Positions 27,897-42,200 of a stretch of DNA of 64,000 nt are shown here, in pieces. Within the stretch, counting starts at the first letter, position 1; every line of letters begins with the position of its first letter. Origin of the DNA: Catajapyx aquilonaris (Eukaryota); contig KZ538477.1 of NCBI GenBank assembly GCA_000934665.2, forward strand, positions 1-64,000, written 5' to 3'. The notes under the pieces were generated by a model that worked only from the letters and a program-made list of their open reading frames with translations, was not told the origin of the DNA and ran no database searches. Made by a program: the position numbers and the translations under genes.

Positions 27897-28507
27897 CGGT
27901 TAGCTTAGTGGAATTCAGAGAGGGTTGTCTAACGAGTCAGTTTAAACAGTAATGTGGATGTCTAAACGAGGGCGAGACGTGTACAGTCGACAGTTAACAA
28001 AAATTTGGCAACACTGCCCAGCCCGGCCCCCACATGGACGTACTACAGTATGCCGCTACCAGTTGGCGCACACATGTTCCTTCTGCACACTACTGCAGTG
28101 CTTAGTGGTCAAGCACGTTGGTGATGAGTCACCCCGCGGACAAAGAGCACCGGCTTCCATTGAACGTGCAGGCGATAAGTCAACACGGACAAAGAAGCGG
28201 ACAGACAGAATAAGGCGGTTAGTAATGTATAGGATCAAAATGAATGTTGCCAGCGACGTTGGCCACGTGGTCCACGCTAAGTGTTGCCAGACTAATTACC
28301 TGTCCTCCGAGGTTGCCAGATTGAAGTCCGCGGTGCACTGTTTTTTTGTTTTGTTGTTTTTTTCCCACAAAATAAACACCACCCTGGACCGCAGGTAATC
28401 CGGACCGCGGCCAACTTTGGGTAACTGTGCGATGGGCCGTGTAAGAGAAAAGAACCTTTTTCTGGGCCTGATGGGGGTAAAGTGGGTGCGGGTGGGGGGT
28501 GGGGGGA

Positions 28508-28811
28508 NNNNNNNNNNNNNNNNNNNNNNNNNNNNNNNNNNNNNNNNNNNNNNNNNNNNNNNNNNNNNNNNNNNNNNNNNNNNNNNNNNNNNNNNNNNNN
28601 NNNNNNNNNNNNNNNNNNNNNNNNNNNNNNNNNNNNNNNNNNNNNNNNNNNNNNNNNNNNNNNNNNNNNNNNNNNNNNNNNNNNNNNNNNNNNNNNNNNN
28701 NNNNNNNNNNNNNNNNNNNNNNNNNNNNNNNNNNNNNNNNNNNNNNNNNNNNNNNNNNNNNNNNNNNNNNNNNNNNNNNNNNNNNNNNNNNNNNNNNNNN
28801 NNNNNNNNNNN
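28508..28811. other. Assembly gap (304 N) flanked by G-rich runs
   Basis: Run of N. Confidence 1.
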
Positions 28812-29080
28812 TGTGTTTTTGGTGTTGGTGGGGGGGGGGGGGGGGGGGACATCTTGTGTCCAGGTTTTTGAAAGGAGAAGAGATCTTTTCTAACCGTGAG
28901 AGTGTTCTAAATGTCCAGGAAGGTTTTAGGAGGATTCAGGGGCAAAGTCCATCTTGTTCAGTTAAGGTGGGGCCGTGAGAAGATGCCGGATGATGATGCC
29001 CTTCAAGATAGCAGTTTTATACAGGGTGTGTCGTAATGAAGTCGAACAAACTTTCAGGATGAGTTAATTACAATAATCAG

Positions 29081-29299
29081 GGGCCGAATTCAGAGAGGTT
29101 GCTTAACGTAAACGCGCCCGATTAAATCCTTTAGTCATCCTCGATTAGCAAATTTAAAAGTGCTAGCAATTGCGATTAGGGGGCGTTTAGCGCTAATCGC
29201 CGTCTTTGTATTAGCAGGTTGGTTAAATTTGCTAATCGAGGATGACTAAAGGATTTAATCGGGCGCGTTTACGTTAAGCAATCTCTCTGAATTCGGCCC
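29081..29299. mobile_element. PIF/Harbinger-like palindromic MITE, copy 2
   Basis: CAG|GGGCCGAATTCAGAGAG...CTCTCTGAATTCGGCCC|CAG; 3-bp CWG TSD and GGG/CCC ends. Confidence 0.88.
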
Positions 29300-30156
29300 C
29301 AGAAGATCATTTTATGTAGAGGTGACATTTGCTCTCTTCTGCGTCGTTACCGAGAAAACCTGAAGTGAATTATTTTATTCGCTTGCCAACTATAGTACAT
29401 TATAAGATTCACATCAGCGATTTTTTTTTAATGACATTGAATTTTAAAATGCACTCTGTGTATGATATATTTATGCATTAAAATGCACGGGGATTGATAA
29501 GTAAAAGAAGTTTGTAAAGGCTTGTAGAGATGAACACCAAATCTCGTATTTAAAAAGTTTTTTAAAAATCTTAAATTTTGGCCACTGTGTCTAAAAAAAG
29601 TGACGTTTTCGGACCTTTCTCTGAATACATCGTCGTGCCAAGTTTCAACACTCTAAGTAGTCCGGAACGGGGTTAAATAGCCATGACATACATATGGACA
29701 AACTCTCTGCTTTTTATATGTAAGATAAAGTGAAATATTATTTACATGCCCCATAGTTTTAAGTTGGCAATTGCATATAAAATAATGCACATCAGTTTAT
29801 CGAGATAACGGCATCGAGATATTTTCCAGTTGCAGCCTGTTAATTAACAAAATGTAGGCTAAAAACCATGGCGCACATTAATAGGGGGGGGGGGGGACAT
29901 TCAATAGCAATTAATTACGTTATCATCATAAAGCGCGGCTAATACCGGACGACCACAATTTAAACTTAATCCTAACACCAGATGTGCTCATTTGACCGTA
30001 CATATGCAGTTGCCAAAATAATTATTAATAATCAAAAAGTGCGTTATGTTACGGATAGAGCCTATACGACACTTCAATCAGTGTAAATTTTTTAAAAAAT
30101 GTAGTACTGTAACACCTGAATTTTATATATATTGTGTATGAAGCCCTTTATGATGT

Positions 30157-30419
30157 GGCTAATGAAACTGCCGAGAGTATATTACACTTATTTGTATATA
30201 AAAAAATCATGCTAACTTTAAGACTTTAAGTTTCTTTGAGTCATTATGAAACACCATTTGTAGAAATAATTGCGATCATCAGATAATTTGGCTAATGAAA
30301 CTGCTGAGAGTAAATTACAATTATTTTAAAAAATCATGCTAACTTTAAGACTTGATGTTTCTTTGAGTCATTATGAACCACCATTTGTAGAAATAATTGC
30401 GATCATCAGATAATTTGGC
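30157..30419. repeat. Direct tandem duplication of about 130 bp
   Basis: TGGCTAATGAAACTGC.GAGAGTA...TTGCGATCATCAGATAATT occurs twice head-to-tail. Confidence 0.9.
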
Positions 30420-33400
30420 GAAATATGAAATTTGCGGAAATTTATGTAAATTGTAGTTGTATGATAGTAAAATAATCCGCACTTTTTGACGATTTATTAC
30501 GAGCATATACTTGCAGGTTTATGTGTGATACATATTATGTCAAACACAAATGTTACAGTAAGTTATTTAAGGACGAGAGGTTATTATCCTATAGTTGCAC
30601 TCTGTGATCCTGGACCTTACTCAAAAACAGACCCGTAATAATTTTGACGGTTTCGTGTGTGTGTTTTTTTTTAAACAACTCGGTTGCAATTTTTTTTTTG
30701 GTCCCCGTCAGCGAAACAACCGAGCATCATTTATGCAATGCGTGTTTCCCTAAATAATTTGCTGACGCTAAATTGGCCTATTTCAACGTCTTTTTCCTGA
30801 CTCCTCACGCGTGCATATTTCACGATGAACATCAGACACGCACTTACTTGCCAGTGAATATACAACTATACCTTTCCTTGATATCAAAATTAGGTAAATT
30901 TCGTGTGCAAATTGTTGCCTCTAGCCATATATGATGCCACATTGTTTTTAGAGACTTTGTCCCAACTTTTTTATTTTTATTATTGACTTATTGACTTTCA
31001 GCGGCTGCGTTTTTGCTGACAATCGCCTTTATCTCTTTCCCTCCCCCCCCCATAACTCGGCTCCTTTGTTGTTTGTGAACAAAATCGTTGTTGTGGGCAG
31101 GGGGGTGCGTGCTTTGAAAATAACCATGAAAAGTCCATATAAGCACAGAGGAACAGGTTGATATAGCGATGGAAAGATAAATCTCAGGGGGGGTAGGTTG
31201 GGGGGTGGGGAAAAAAACGAATCCTACAAAAGCAGGCACTCGATTAGTCGATTCAATTCCCCTAGTATATAGTTAGCTTTAAAAATAACGAGGCTGTGAT
31301 GTACGGAACCGATAAAACACGTGTAACGATTTCGTGAAAAAAAAAACAATGAAAATGTGCGTAAATATAGACACATAATTAGCACTGCATTTCAACACAA
31401 TGAATATAAACTCAAAAAGCTTCAAGGAAACGATTTAGTGTAAAAAAAAGGTAACTCAAGCGTACTCTCAGCAAAAGGTTCAAAAATAATTTTAGAGTCC
31501 ACAACCATTTTTGATTAAAAAAACCCAAAAAATGAAACTAGGTAATGTTGACCCAGAATTAACTCAAATTTTGGGCATGTCCTGAGCAAACAAATAGTGG
31601 ACCAGTTCTGGAATGGGTTCGGTTCTAAATTGGTTCTAAGACAGTGGGTCAATTTGATCCTTACAGTTCAAATCCAGGTGTACTTTTTTTCGTGAGGTCC
31701 AGTCATTTCAACCCGTCTTTTTGTTATACGAAATGATCCTCGTTGAGTCTAACGTTCCTCACAAAGTAACCCATATTGCAAAAAAATAGGGACACAAAAA
31801 GGTTCAGTAGCCATAACCATAGGGAGGAAAAGGCTTCTCCGAATTGAACCATATAGCACGCGACGAAGACTTTTATAGGTCCGTAGAAAAGAGGTTCCAA
31901 TACCATCTGAAAGTTTCACCGGAATCCTATCTTCTATAGAGGTTCTATAGGAATGAAAAGGAAGAGGGGGGGGGGGGAATGGTTCGCATGCCACGCACGT
32001 ATTTTCTTTCTTGGACCTGTGTTTCCCCCCCAAAAAATCGACTGGTTTCTTTCAATCAAGCGTGAAACACCGCGTCATTAAGCTGGACCATTGTTGCTAA
32101 CTGCAAATTCGATCCAACCGGAAGATAAGTAGGAATATTTTTTTTTAAAGAAATTTGAGATGCTCAGTATGCATGGTTTGACGTGGGATTGTGTGAGAGG
32201 AATTACTTTCGCCTTTCCCAATAATACCGCACAAGCACGTCTCACACAACCTTTATTACTTTCTCCTGCTGCACTATTAAAATCCATAAAAAAAGAGCAC
32301 CTCCACACAAAATGAGGTTGATACGTAATTTTCTACCTGTACCAAGACCCCCCTCTGACAACATGCTAAAATGAACCTCCTGCTTTTGCATTTTATGCAA
32401 ATATGTAGTATATGTGCTCTCTGGCTTTTCCCAGGGGGCTGACTTTGGACTGCAAAGTAGCTTCAAAATCGATTCAAACTTGTACTTGTTCTACATAGAA
32501 CCACTCACTGCATGCGTTTGTAACGAAGCTTGGATTATAGCAATATATGAGCTAAAGTTGCCCATGATGTATAGCAAACGGGGTTCTTCAATTCCCTTGT
32601 GCTACTCTGCTAGTCTATAATGAAATTGTTTGTCCGCGGTGAGTCATCAGTAGTGCACCGGTCGGCAGTGTTGCCAAGTTTTGTATCATTTAGAGTGGCA
32701 TCAGTGCTGCCCACACACACAAAAAAAACTGGAATGAAAAACATGCCCTGGAAAGGGATAAGGTAATGAGATGAGATCCGCAAGGAAAACTTAAGCATCC
32801 GTCAGTCTTAATCTAACGTAATCGGATTAATCCCCTGGCTCCGACGATCTAAGCCACTGCAAGACAAATATTTCGGGTTAAAAAAAGTTAAACCGGATTA
32901 TTTCGCTTGAAAGTCAACTAACGTAAACCTTTATAACCGCAAAGAAACAGTGTCAACGCACTGAAAAAACCTACCAATAATTACACATCATTACTATGCA
33001 TTGTTTCATAATAACATCTTCGCAACATTGTAGAGGTCAATTACTGCGGTTATTAGTGAACCAATTTTTTTTTTCTCCATATGGCGTGCAATCTGGTGTA
33101 ATTTGAACTTGCTATTGTTTCAGTGTGCTGTGGGAGGCGGCTTTAATCAATGGTCGAATCAAACTGATTTCTCTATAGTCCCCTGCTGGCTATTGATATT
33201 CTGACTCACCTGAAAAACCGTGGCCTCAAAAGCAAAAAAAAACATCAAATGAACTGTATTGAATACATGAAATAAAAAGCGCACATTTTTCTTCAAGTTA
33301 TTGATAGGAAAAAAATTTAATGTGATATGTTTTATTCAGGAAGCTATGAACGACCGAAATCAATGTCAAAATATTGGAAAATTTAAGACAGTCGAGGGGA

Positions 33401-33627
33401 TAATACCGCATAAGTTATGCTGACTTTATGTCCACATCATCCAGCACACCATATATAAAAACCGCCTTCTTTAAAACCGGTGTTATCAACTCTTGGGACG
33501 CGTAACGTTCATTTAATGCACTGGATTTCACTTACGATGGAAACAATATAAAATGTTCAGCCAGGTAGACACATTTAGGTCAAAAAAAAATTTAAATAAC
33601 TAACGTACATCTTCATATTAAAATACT

Positions 33628-33888
33628 GCCGAAGCAGTGGTAGCGGAGGGGGATATGGTATCCGGCTTCTAATCGGGAGGTCCTGGGTTCGAATCCCGGT
33701 GCCGGCAACTCTAACCGTGGTTTTCTGTGGTTTCCCACGATTCCTCCAGGAGAATTCTGGAGTTGTTTCCGAAACTAATAGGCCACAGCCGCCTCCTTCC
33801 TTTCCTATCCTATCCCAAAGAGCGCAGTAAAAAACGAAACGAAGAGTTCCAGTCCCCTAAAGAGCCGCCGGCTGATAACGGGGTATGA

Positions 33889-33965
<77 letters not shown>

Positions 33966-33981
33966 CATTATTATTATTATT
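33628..33981 (+). mobile_element. Full-length tRNA-derived SINE with (ATT)n tail and 13-bp TSD
   Basis: Head with A-box-like TGGTAGCGGAGG, loop CTTCTAA (Arg-TCT-like) and B box GGTTCGAATCC; body GGTTTTCTGTGGTTTCCCAC...AGGCCACAGCCGCCTCCTTCC; (ATT)n tail; ATATTAAAATACT duplicated at 33615-33627 and 33982-33994. Confidence 0.92.
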
Positions 33982-35266
33982 ATATTAAAATACTTGAACA
34001 AAAAAATCTGAAAATTCAATAATCACACATTAAAAATATTCCGATGTGATTAATGCTCCTGCCGATTTTTTTGAAATTTTTTAAAAGAGCAGTGGTCCCC
34101 GCCATGACAGTTTAGGGCAAAATCTTATTACGAGTTATGTATATTGATAGGTAATTAATTAAAAACAACAAATAGCCACAATTTTTGTATTCTTCTGTTT
34201 GAAATGGTTGCAGTGGCTTAAATTTTAAAGCGTAATGCTACACGCCATGCTTTAATTCGAGCCATTAATCCAGTTTTTGGACCCGTTTTATGATCATACT
34301 ATTGTTGTTGTTGTTTTTGTTGGGGGCCTCCAAAAAAATATTGCGGCCCCATTTTGTTAGCCAGATTGCAAACAAGAGACAGAAACGTGTGGTTATAGGG
34401 TCAGACCACATCGCTATCAAACCCTTCGACCTTTAAAACCTATCGCCGCGTACTACACCACCTTTTTTTTGCACTTCTGATGTGGTTTGGCACGTTCAAA
34501 ACTCTCCGGTTGCAAAAAAAAATTGCGGGGGATTTTTTCGCCAATTTTTTTGATTGGGCGTGGATAAGTTTCGTCAATTTGTACTCGAAGAAAGGGAGCC
34601 AAGATTTTTTTTAAAATAAATAATGTGGGTTAAGGCTCCCGTAGCAGATAATTTTTTGGGGGGGAAATAATAATTAGAGAGAGCCCATACCAACCCAGCC
34701 ATTTGCGGTAAACCACAGACTAATCACCTAATTAGGTGCTCCCTGAACAGTATCGACTGCACTAAACTTTTATGAAAATTGGCACTAGTCACGTCCACCA
34801 TTACCTGGTATAGACCTGTAGTTGTTGTTTTTTTGTAATGTTAAAAACGCGCTGACAATATACATTGGCACCTCTCATTGTAATAGTTATACCGAGTGCG
34901 CAGCCACACTCGCGCAGCTCCATTGTTCTGACAACGTTGCCAGACGTACTCCCCGTGAGCCAATTCACACACGTAACCTGGTTCGTTCCAGAACTTCGGC
35001 AACGTCGAAAATGTCTGCCATTTTTTGTATCTCCCTGCCCCAAGCGTAGCGTTGGAAATACCTTACCGACTACTGTAGTAAAGTCTGTCTCTGTTGGACA
35101 AGAAATCGTCCAACTTTGAGGTTCGTTCCAGAGGTTCCAGAGATTTGGCAACGTCGCAAACGTCCGCCATTTTTGTTTCTCCCCGCCCCGATTGTAGCGT
35201 TGGAAATAAGTGCAGCTTACCTGCCTATGTTGGACAATTTTCTTGGAACTGTCACTGTCCAACATA

Positions 35267-35485
35267 CACTCTAAGAAATGTCCAGGTTAAATGTATTTAT
35301 CCCGGAAAAAGGATCACTTTTGTCATGGTTATTTAACCCGGACATTTCTTAGTCATGGTTATTTAACCCGAACATTTCTTAGAGTGTATACACACATGAC
35401 TAAGAAATGTCCGGGTTAAGTAACCATGACAAAAGTGATCTTTTTTCCGGGATAAATACATTTAACCCGGACATTTCTTAGAGTG
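35267..35485. mobile_element. CACT-ended MITE with TA flanks, copy 2 (shorter, with an extra internal terminus at about 35386)
   Basis: TA|CACTCTAAGAAATGTCC...GGACATTTCTTAGAGTG|TA; homologous to 24386-24742. Confidence 0.85.
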
Positions 35486-36640
35486 TAGACAGGCTTATTG
35501 ACTGTATTGATAATTCCAACCGTGCACGCTGCGCGAACTGTGGTGCGTACTAGGTTATAAAAATTCGTATTCAGTAACAACCCAGTCAATGTTGGACACT
35601 GACGGTTCCAAGAAAATTGTCTAACATATGCTAACTTTGTGAAGGTGTCCAGTATCGACAGGTTTTACTGTATGATATGTTTCGAACGCGTTTCGGACGC
35701 GTCTGGCCATATAAACATGCACGGAAAGTACAATCAGATTGTTATAAAGTACAAGTGACATGTTGCTTTGGTATAGTGACAAGATTGGTGATCTCATTAT
35801 TAATTCTGTGCCCTTTTAAATGAACGATCTGAAGTAAAAGGGCCTTCGTCTATAGTTAGGTATTGAACTTGAAAACAACTTGCACACACATTCTGTGGGA
35901 AGAGAAGGGTTTCCCCTCCTTCGTCCATTGTGATCCGTATAAGTGAGCGCTGCATATTTTACCAGGGAGTTAACTCTGGATGACTAGAAGGTCGGCTTCT
36001 GATAGAGTCGGTTTCCGTGCCGCACGCAGCCAATAGGATCTATTTATAAAGCCATATGGGTTTGAAAGGTATCGGTAGTGGGAGGGGATGGGGTGGAGGG
36101 TAGGTATATAGGAAATAAGTTTGGAAAAAAAAGAGAGTAGATCTGGCATCCTCGCTCTTCATGACTATTTCAAAAGGTGGGACTGTGCCATGAGGCAACC
36201 CTGCCCACTTCTTCTTCCCTCACCAGATGTCATGAATTATCTATTATCTATTTGCCTACCTCATGGGCCATGGGCGAAAATAAGGCTCAGTTTTTCGGAG
36301 GGGCGACTCCAAAACCTTTGACTTTTTATCGGTCTTTGCTCCCAACATTGGGCCATTTGAAATCGAATCACAGAATTGGCTAGACGCGACTTTGTCCCCA
36401 CACGCGTTGACTCATCACCAACATGCATGCAGTTACCGTAGTGACCACCGTGGGCAGCAGTGTCCAGAGAGGAAGAATGCGCGCCATCTGTTGAGACATA
36501 CCGTACTAGTACATCAAAGTGGAGGGGGGGGGGGCAGTGTTGCTAAGTTTAGGAGGAAATACTTTCATATCGGGAGACCGAATATGGCAAGGGGTAGGAG
36601 CACGCTGCACTAACCTACCCGCTGCACTAACCGCTCCTTC

Positions 36641-36978
36641 CCGGCGGATACACCCATATCATTCAGGGGACACACCCGTATCCTTCAGCGGATCTTATCA
36701 TTCAGAGAATACGTCTCATCCTTCAGCGGATCCTAACATTCAGAGGATACGCCCTATCCTTCAGCGGATACACCCATATCATTCAGGGGATACGCCCTAT
36801 CCTTCAGCGGATACACCCCCATCATTCAGCGTATACGCCCCATCCTTCAGCGGATCCTAACTTTCAGAGGATACGCCCTATCATTCAGCGGATACACCCC
36901 CATCATTCCGCGGATCCTATCCTTCAGCGGATACACCCCATCCTTCAGCGGATACACACCTATCATTCAGCGTATACA
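36641..36978. repeat. ~21-bp minisatellite
   Basis: ATC(C/A)TTCAGCGGATACACCCC variants in tandem. Confidence 0.9.
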
Positions 36979-38485
36979 AGCCTAGGAAAGTATATGTACG
37001 TAAAAGGGACGAGGTCTTCCGATACGAAAGCGTAGCCGTTTTTTGGGGGATGCGCCATCTATGTGAAAGATATTGTGCTTCACTCGTTATTTCGAACTGG
37101 TGGACTTGGCCACCCTGTAACATTCCTTAAGGTCGGTTCAAATCAAGACGTTCTATATGTCACGAGCTTGTTCAATGATGCATGGTATAATTACTCTGGA
37201 ACATGTCGTAATTTTGGACAGCTGTCGATGAAAATACTTCGTGGACTTATGCAGTCGGCAAGGTTGGCATGCGTGGGTGTCAGTGGGAGGCCATTGCCAA
37301 GGCCTCGTATAAATGTAAACTAAGTTGTGTTCACACTCAGCCTGGCAACACCTCATCTCTTCCAGTTTAATATCTCTCATAGTATGAACGACAAAGTTTG
37401 TTGGTCTGTATGCTCGTCCGGGGTACCTAACTCACTTCTGGACTACTGAGAATGCTGAAACTTGGCACACTGATGGATTACGTGCCGATGATTCAAATGA
37501 TTCAACAAATTGTTATCGTTTGATATCCGAAGGTAAACGCCCTTTAATTTTAATTGCTAATTAGCCATCCATTCGTCGAAAATTGCATATCGCTTTTTTT
37601 TTAGGTTGGGCATTTTGCGCAAGTTGGTCACCCGTAAAGAGGAATATGAGCCGATCTTTTTTCAGGTTAAATAGTGAAGTGTACAGTGTATTGTGCTCAT
37701 TTTTAAAACTGAAAAAACCTGTGTCATTAATTAGCTGTGGAAAAAATAGCGAAACTGGCGAATTTCAGCCAAAATTTGCACATTAGAAAGCATATGTGAC
37801 AAACCAGTTCATGACCCTGCAGGTACATTCAAATTGTATTGTTTCAATGTAATTTCACGATGAAATGAATTTAAAGGGGGCCAACTTTTCCAACCGTAAA
37901 TGAAAATGAATAATATCATGTTAGTGGCTGATTGGCGGAGTCTTTTGTGGGGTGGGTACATACAGGGCAGCCGAATTTAATTTGCTTAGCAGTATATATA
38001 CCAACCTCCGATTACCGACGGTGCTTTTAACGCCCCATCTATTATGTACCGCTTCATTTCAAATAAAAGCTTTTTGGAGAAGCCATGTTAGCTGTTTTGC
38101 AAAGGGACGCAATTTGCCTACCATGATTAAAGCGGGACCAACTTTATTTTTTTATTTTTTCTGCACTATTTCAGTTTACCTCACTCTCTCGATTCACAAA
38201 TGCGGGTTCATGTTTGCAGGAAATTTGCACGGTTTTGCGAACGAGCCAATAAACAAAGTTTCCGGTTGCCCATTCGTGTTTTTTTAAGCTTCTCCACTAA
38301 TGCTTCTAAGCATTTGTAATCACGTTTCGTGTGCTTGATACAATGCGAAAATTGCATGTTACAAGTCAATAATAGGTGCAAATACTCTAATATAATAGTT
38401 ATTGCAAACATACTTTGTAGGCTACATCAAAGCTTAGTGTTTCAACTGATGTTAGGTTAAGTTATGGCTATAGGATACGGTTAGG

Positions 38486-39235
38486 CAGGTCCTTTATTGT
38501 AATAAATTTTTGAGTGACCTAACCTCAGGGCGATGACACATATTTTAAAAGCTGGATCCCACCATATTAGTTACTTAAAAAGATGTTAATTTTGCATAGA
38601 AGTACCACATAATATTTTGACGACTCCTGCTAATTAATAATCAGATTAAGAAAACGGCAGAGTTAGTGAACCCTAACCTCACCTAACCTAGGGTTAAGAT
38701 AAGGTTAGGTGAGAGTTATGATAAGGTTAAGTCCTAACCTAACCTAACCTAGGGTTAAGATAAGGTTAGGTGAGAGTTATGATAAGGTTAAGTCCTAACC
38801 TAACCTAACCTAGGGTTAAGATAAGGTTAGGTGAGAGTTATGATAAGGTTAAGTCCTAACCTAACCTAACCTAACCTAGGGTTAATATAATGTTAGGTCA
38901 GGGTTATGATAGGGTTAGGTCCTAACCTAACCTAACCTTGGGTTAGGATAGGTTAGGTCAGCGTTATGATAGGTTTAGGTCCTAACCTAACTCTAACCTA
39001 ACCTAGGGTTAGGATAATGTTAGGTAAGGGTTAGGATAGGGTTAGGTTAGGTTAGGGTTAACTAACTCCGCCATTTTATCAATCTGCTTGTTATTTAGCA
39101 GGAGTCGCGTCGAAAATTACAAGATAATTTAATGCGAAATAACCATATTTTAAAATATCTATGGTAAGGTTTTAAAATATGTGTCAACCCCTAGCGTCAG
39201 GTCGCTCAAAAATTCATTACGATTTTTAGGACCTG
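38486..39235. mobile_element. Old TIR/foldback element with an internal ~61-bp TAACC/GGTTA-rich tandem array
   Basis: CAGGTCCT..GTAATAAATTTTTGAGTGACCT..TGACACATATTTTAAAA pairs with TTTTAAAATATGTGTCA..AGGTCGCTCAAAAATTCATTAC..AGGACCTG; inner CGACTCCTGCTAA / TTAGCAGGAGTCG. Confidence 0.8.
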
Positions 39236-42200
39236 TGCCTTCTATTACAAAATAATATTTTTCACAGCGTTAAATAGTTAATATACAAAATAAGTTCGCT
39301 CGATTAATTTCATTTGTTTTAATGATTTTGTGCTGGTAGAACTTCTGATGTTATTTGTGATGCGTAATTTTCGTTGCGCTCAATTTATCTCGTACATGAA
39401 CTTACAGACACTTGGGAACGGGTTTTATCAATTACACACAACACGTGCCCATATTGGTATGCAAATTGGTGGCTATTATTCATAGCTTCGGTTTTGTTCA
39501 AACATAATTTTCGCGTTTGGTACACATACACAGAAGCGCACAGTACTAAGCGCGTTGGCGTGTGTATAATGAACTTGTGTATACTCTTTATAATACAACG
39601 TAACGCGTATGTGAGCAAAATGTTGGGTCGTCTCAAAAGCTGCGTTGTAAGCTCTGCTGCTGGCCATTTCCTTTATGGAAGTGTTTGCAAAACATGTCTA
39701 TAACTGTTGCCATACCCGCTCAGAAATAGTGCGTCTGTTTTGAAGTTAAACTTTGCACTATTTTTGGAGCACGTGCGACTTTTGTTGGAGGACAAGCATG
39801 GCAAACTAAACAGACAGGGTAGTACACTTTCTATACATAACAGTTTGGACCATTAACGGAACTTATGACTTATTGTCAATATGAAATGTGCCACCCTGTA
39901 CCGTGCAGTTCAAGACCGTTTCAATCAAAGGGTATTTCTGTATTCAATCGATTCGGGGGCGTATCGAAATGTGCATAAGTAATAAGGGTACGACGCAATG
40001 GCTGGGGCCTATTCTGTCACACAGCTATTTTTGGAAGAGCGTCGATGGCAAAACATTGACAACAAAACGGTTGTGCTCCGATGCTTTGCGAGAACTCAAG
40101 AGGTCAAAGGTCACGCCGATTCTTTGCCAGCAGGTTACTATGAATTTAATGTCCCAAAGTTTTTGGGTATCACTGGTCTAATGATGTGGACTCGTGCCAA
40201 AATTTCGTGGCTTTACTATTGGACATTTATGACTATGAAATATGTTTTTAGAATTATTGAACTATTACAGGTTGTTCCCACAATTGGGCAAAACGCGTTG
40301 TTTTAAACCAGTTGATAAAAATTGCACTTTTGTTGCAATTACTGGTCCACAATATTATTACACTCTATGAACATTACGCGAATTTGCACAATATCTGTAA
40401 ATAGCCGAGAGTAATGTCCATTGCTCCCTTGCCAAATTTTTTTGCAAAAATGTGCTGACACAATGCACATGGCGTGTGTCGTGCGGTGTGTCAAGATAAT
40501 ATACCGAGAGGTTCCGCAGCAGGACATGCGGGCAATGAAAACATCGACTGTCGCAACGTCTGACACAGTGGCTTGCTGAAACGTCGCCAACTGTCGCCAA
40601 TTGGACATCGATGAAGTGGAAACGTCAGCAGTGAAATCGCAGCCATTAAAAATATAGACTCCAGTCAAAAAAAAACAGTCTCTTTTTTCTGTGCGAAAAT
40701 CGTGCAAAACCTTTTTGTGTAAAACATTGTTGAGTAACGTCAGGAGTGTTTTGCCAAAACTTTCGCTTACACATATGATTAACCAAAAAAATGCTGACTC
40801 TACAGTGTGACTGACTGTCCAAAAATACCCCATCCAAATCCGTTTAGTCACGTCTCCAGGTTTTGATTGATTTTATCGGGGAGGAAAAAAAGGCGTCCTT
40901 ATATTTGTGATACAGGCTGTACATTGTGACAGCTGCCGAAACAGTATGAAATCAAAGCCCATCCGGATGTCCATGAAACTGTGGCCGATATTGGACTGGT
41001 TTTTTCGTCTCAAAATAGTCACCTTATAATGAAGCATAGATCGTCAAAGTCTTTCAAGAAAATTAGCCAAAAATTGGCGTCCGCGCAAATATTGTTCAAT
41101 TGTTACAAATTCGCTGTACTTGTCAATCTCTTCAGATTTTGCCAAAAAAAATTAATGCGACAAGCAATTTATTTGTTTGCATGCAAAAATGTTGAAGCAA
41201 AATGCGTACGTGATTAGTTATGATTTTTCGCCATTTATTGCCGCCATTCATTTCTTAATGGTTTAGCGAATTTAAAGCAGCTTATCTTCAAACTTAATTG
41301 AAGTTTGTGGATTAGTAGTTTCCGGTTTTGCGCAAAAAAAAAAAAGTCGTTAGTCAGAGTACTGACTGTCCTGAGCCTTTAGAGTTATGAAACAAACGAT
41401 CATTAACTAACAAAAGAAAAAATGAAACAAATCGTCCCAAATATGTGGGACATGTCCAGAAATGATATAACTAACGACAATTTACTAACAAAATAAATAA
41501 ACAATGATATCCAAATCTTGCCAACTTTCCTGATATTTTTTGTTTAAAAAAAGTCGTCCCATATACACATCACTGTCCCAAATATGTGGGACATGTCCAG
41601 AAATGATGTAACTAACGACAATTTCCTAACAAAGTAAATAAACAATGATATTCAAATATGGTCAACTTTCCTGATGTTTAAAAAAAAAAGTCGTCCCATG
41701 TACTGTCCCAAATATATGGGACATGTCCAGATTGTCACTCCCGCATCACTCGTCGAATAAAATGTGTAACACAATTTACTCACTGCACTTGTACATTTTG
41801 TAAAAATAAAAAAACAAGCAATTGAGGCAATTTACCCGCAAGGACTCTAATTACACTGTAACTGTTTTCATTTTTCCGAGGGAGATGTGACGTCACAAGA
41901 GGGTTGATGGGTAGGATGGGGGAAGGGGGGGGGAGGAAGGAAGGAAGGAGGAAAAGTGGGGAGGGGGAGACTTATCGACTAGAAGGGGTTTCCATGGCGT
42001 CGGGACGCGTCAGGATCAAAACCTGCAGCCTTGGAAAGATGGGAGGTATTGGAAACTGTCATCTCTTATATATATTTTTTTTCTCTCTCACTCTCTCTCG
42101 AGTTATCTCTAATCCGGCTTTGACTTTTTATCTCTTAAAAATGTGACCTAAAAATGACCTTGACCCCCTGAAATGACCCCCAGAACTGACCTACCTTGTC

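Noticed and set aside
28292..28978. ORFs of 129-186 aa
   Set aside because: They run through the N gap
33124..33205. Candidate upstream kinase exon (acceptor TTTCAG then CAVGGGF...)
   Set aside because: Lacks the conserved GG...D spacing, hits an in-frame stop and has no donor. VVIGGGG at about 4961 was rejected for similar reasons.
39374..40851. Possible decayed transposase or coding region (several 60-170 aa ORFs)
   Set aside because: No recognisable motif in the frames examined; a TBLASTX/HMMER search would be needed
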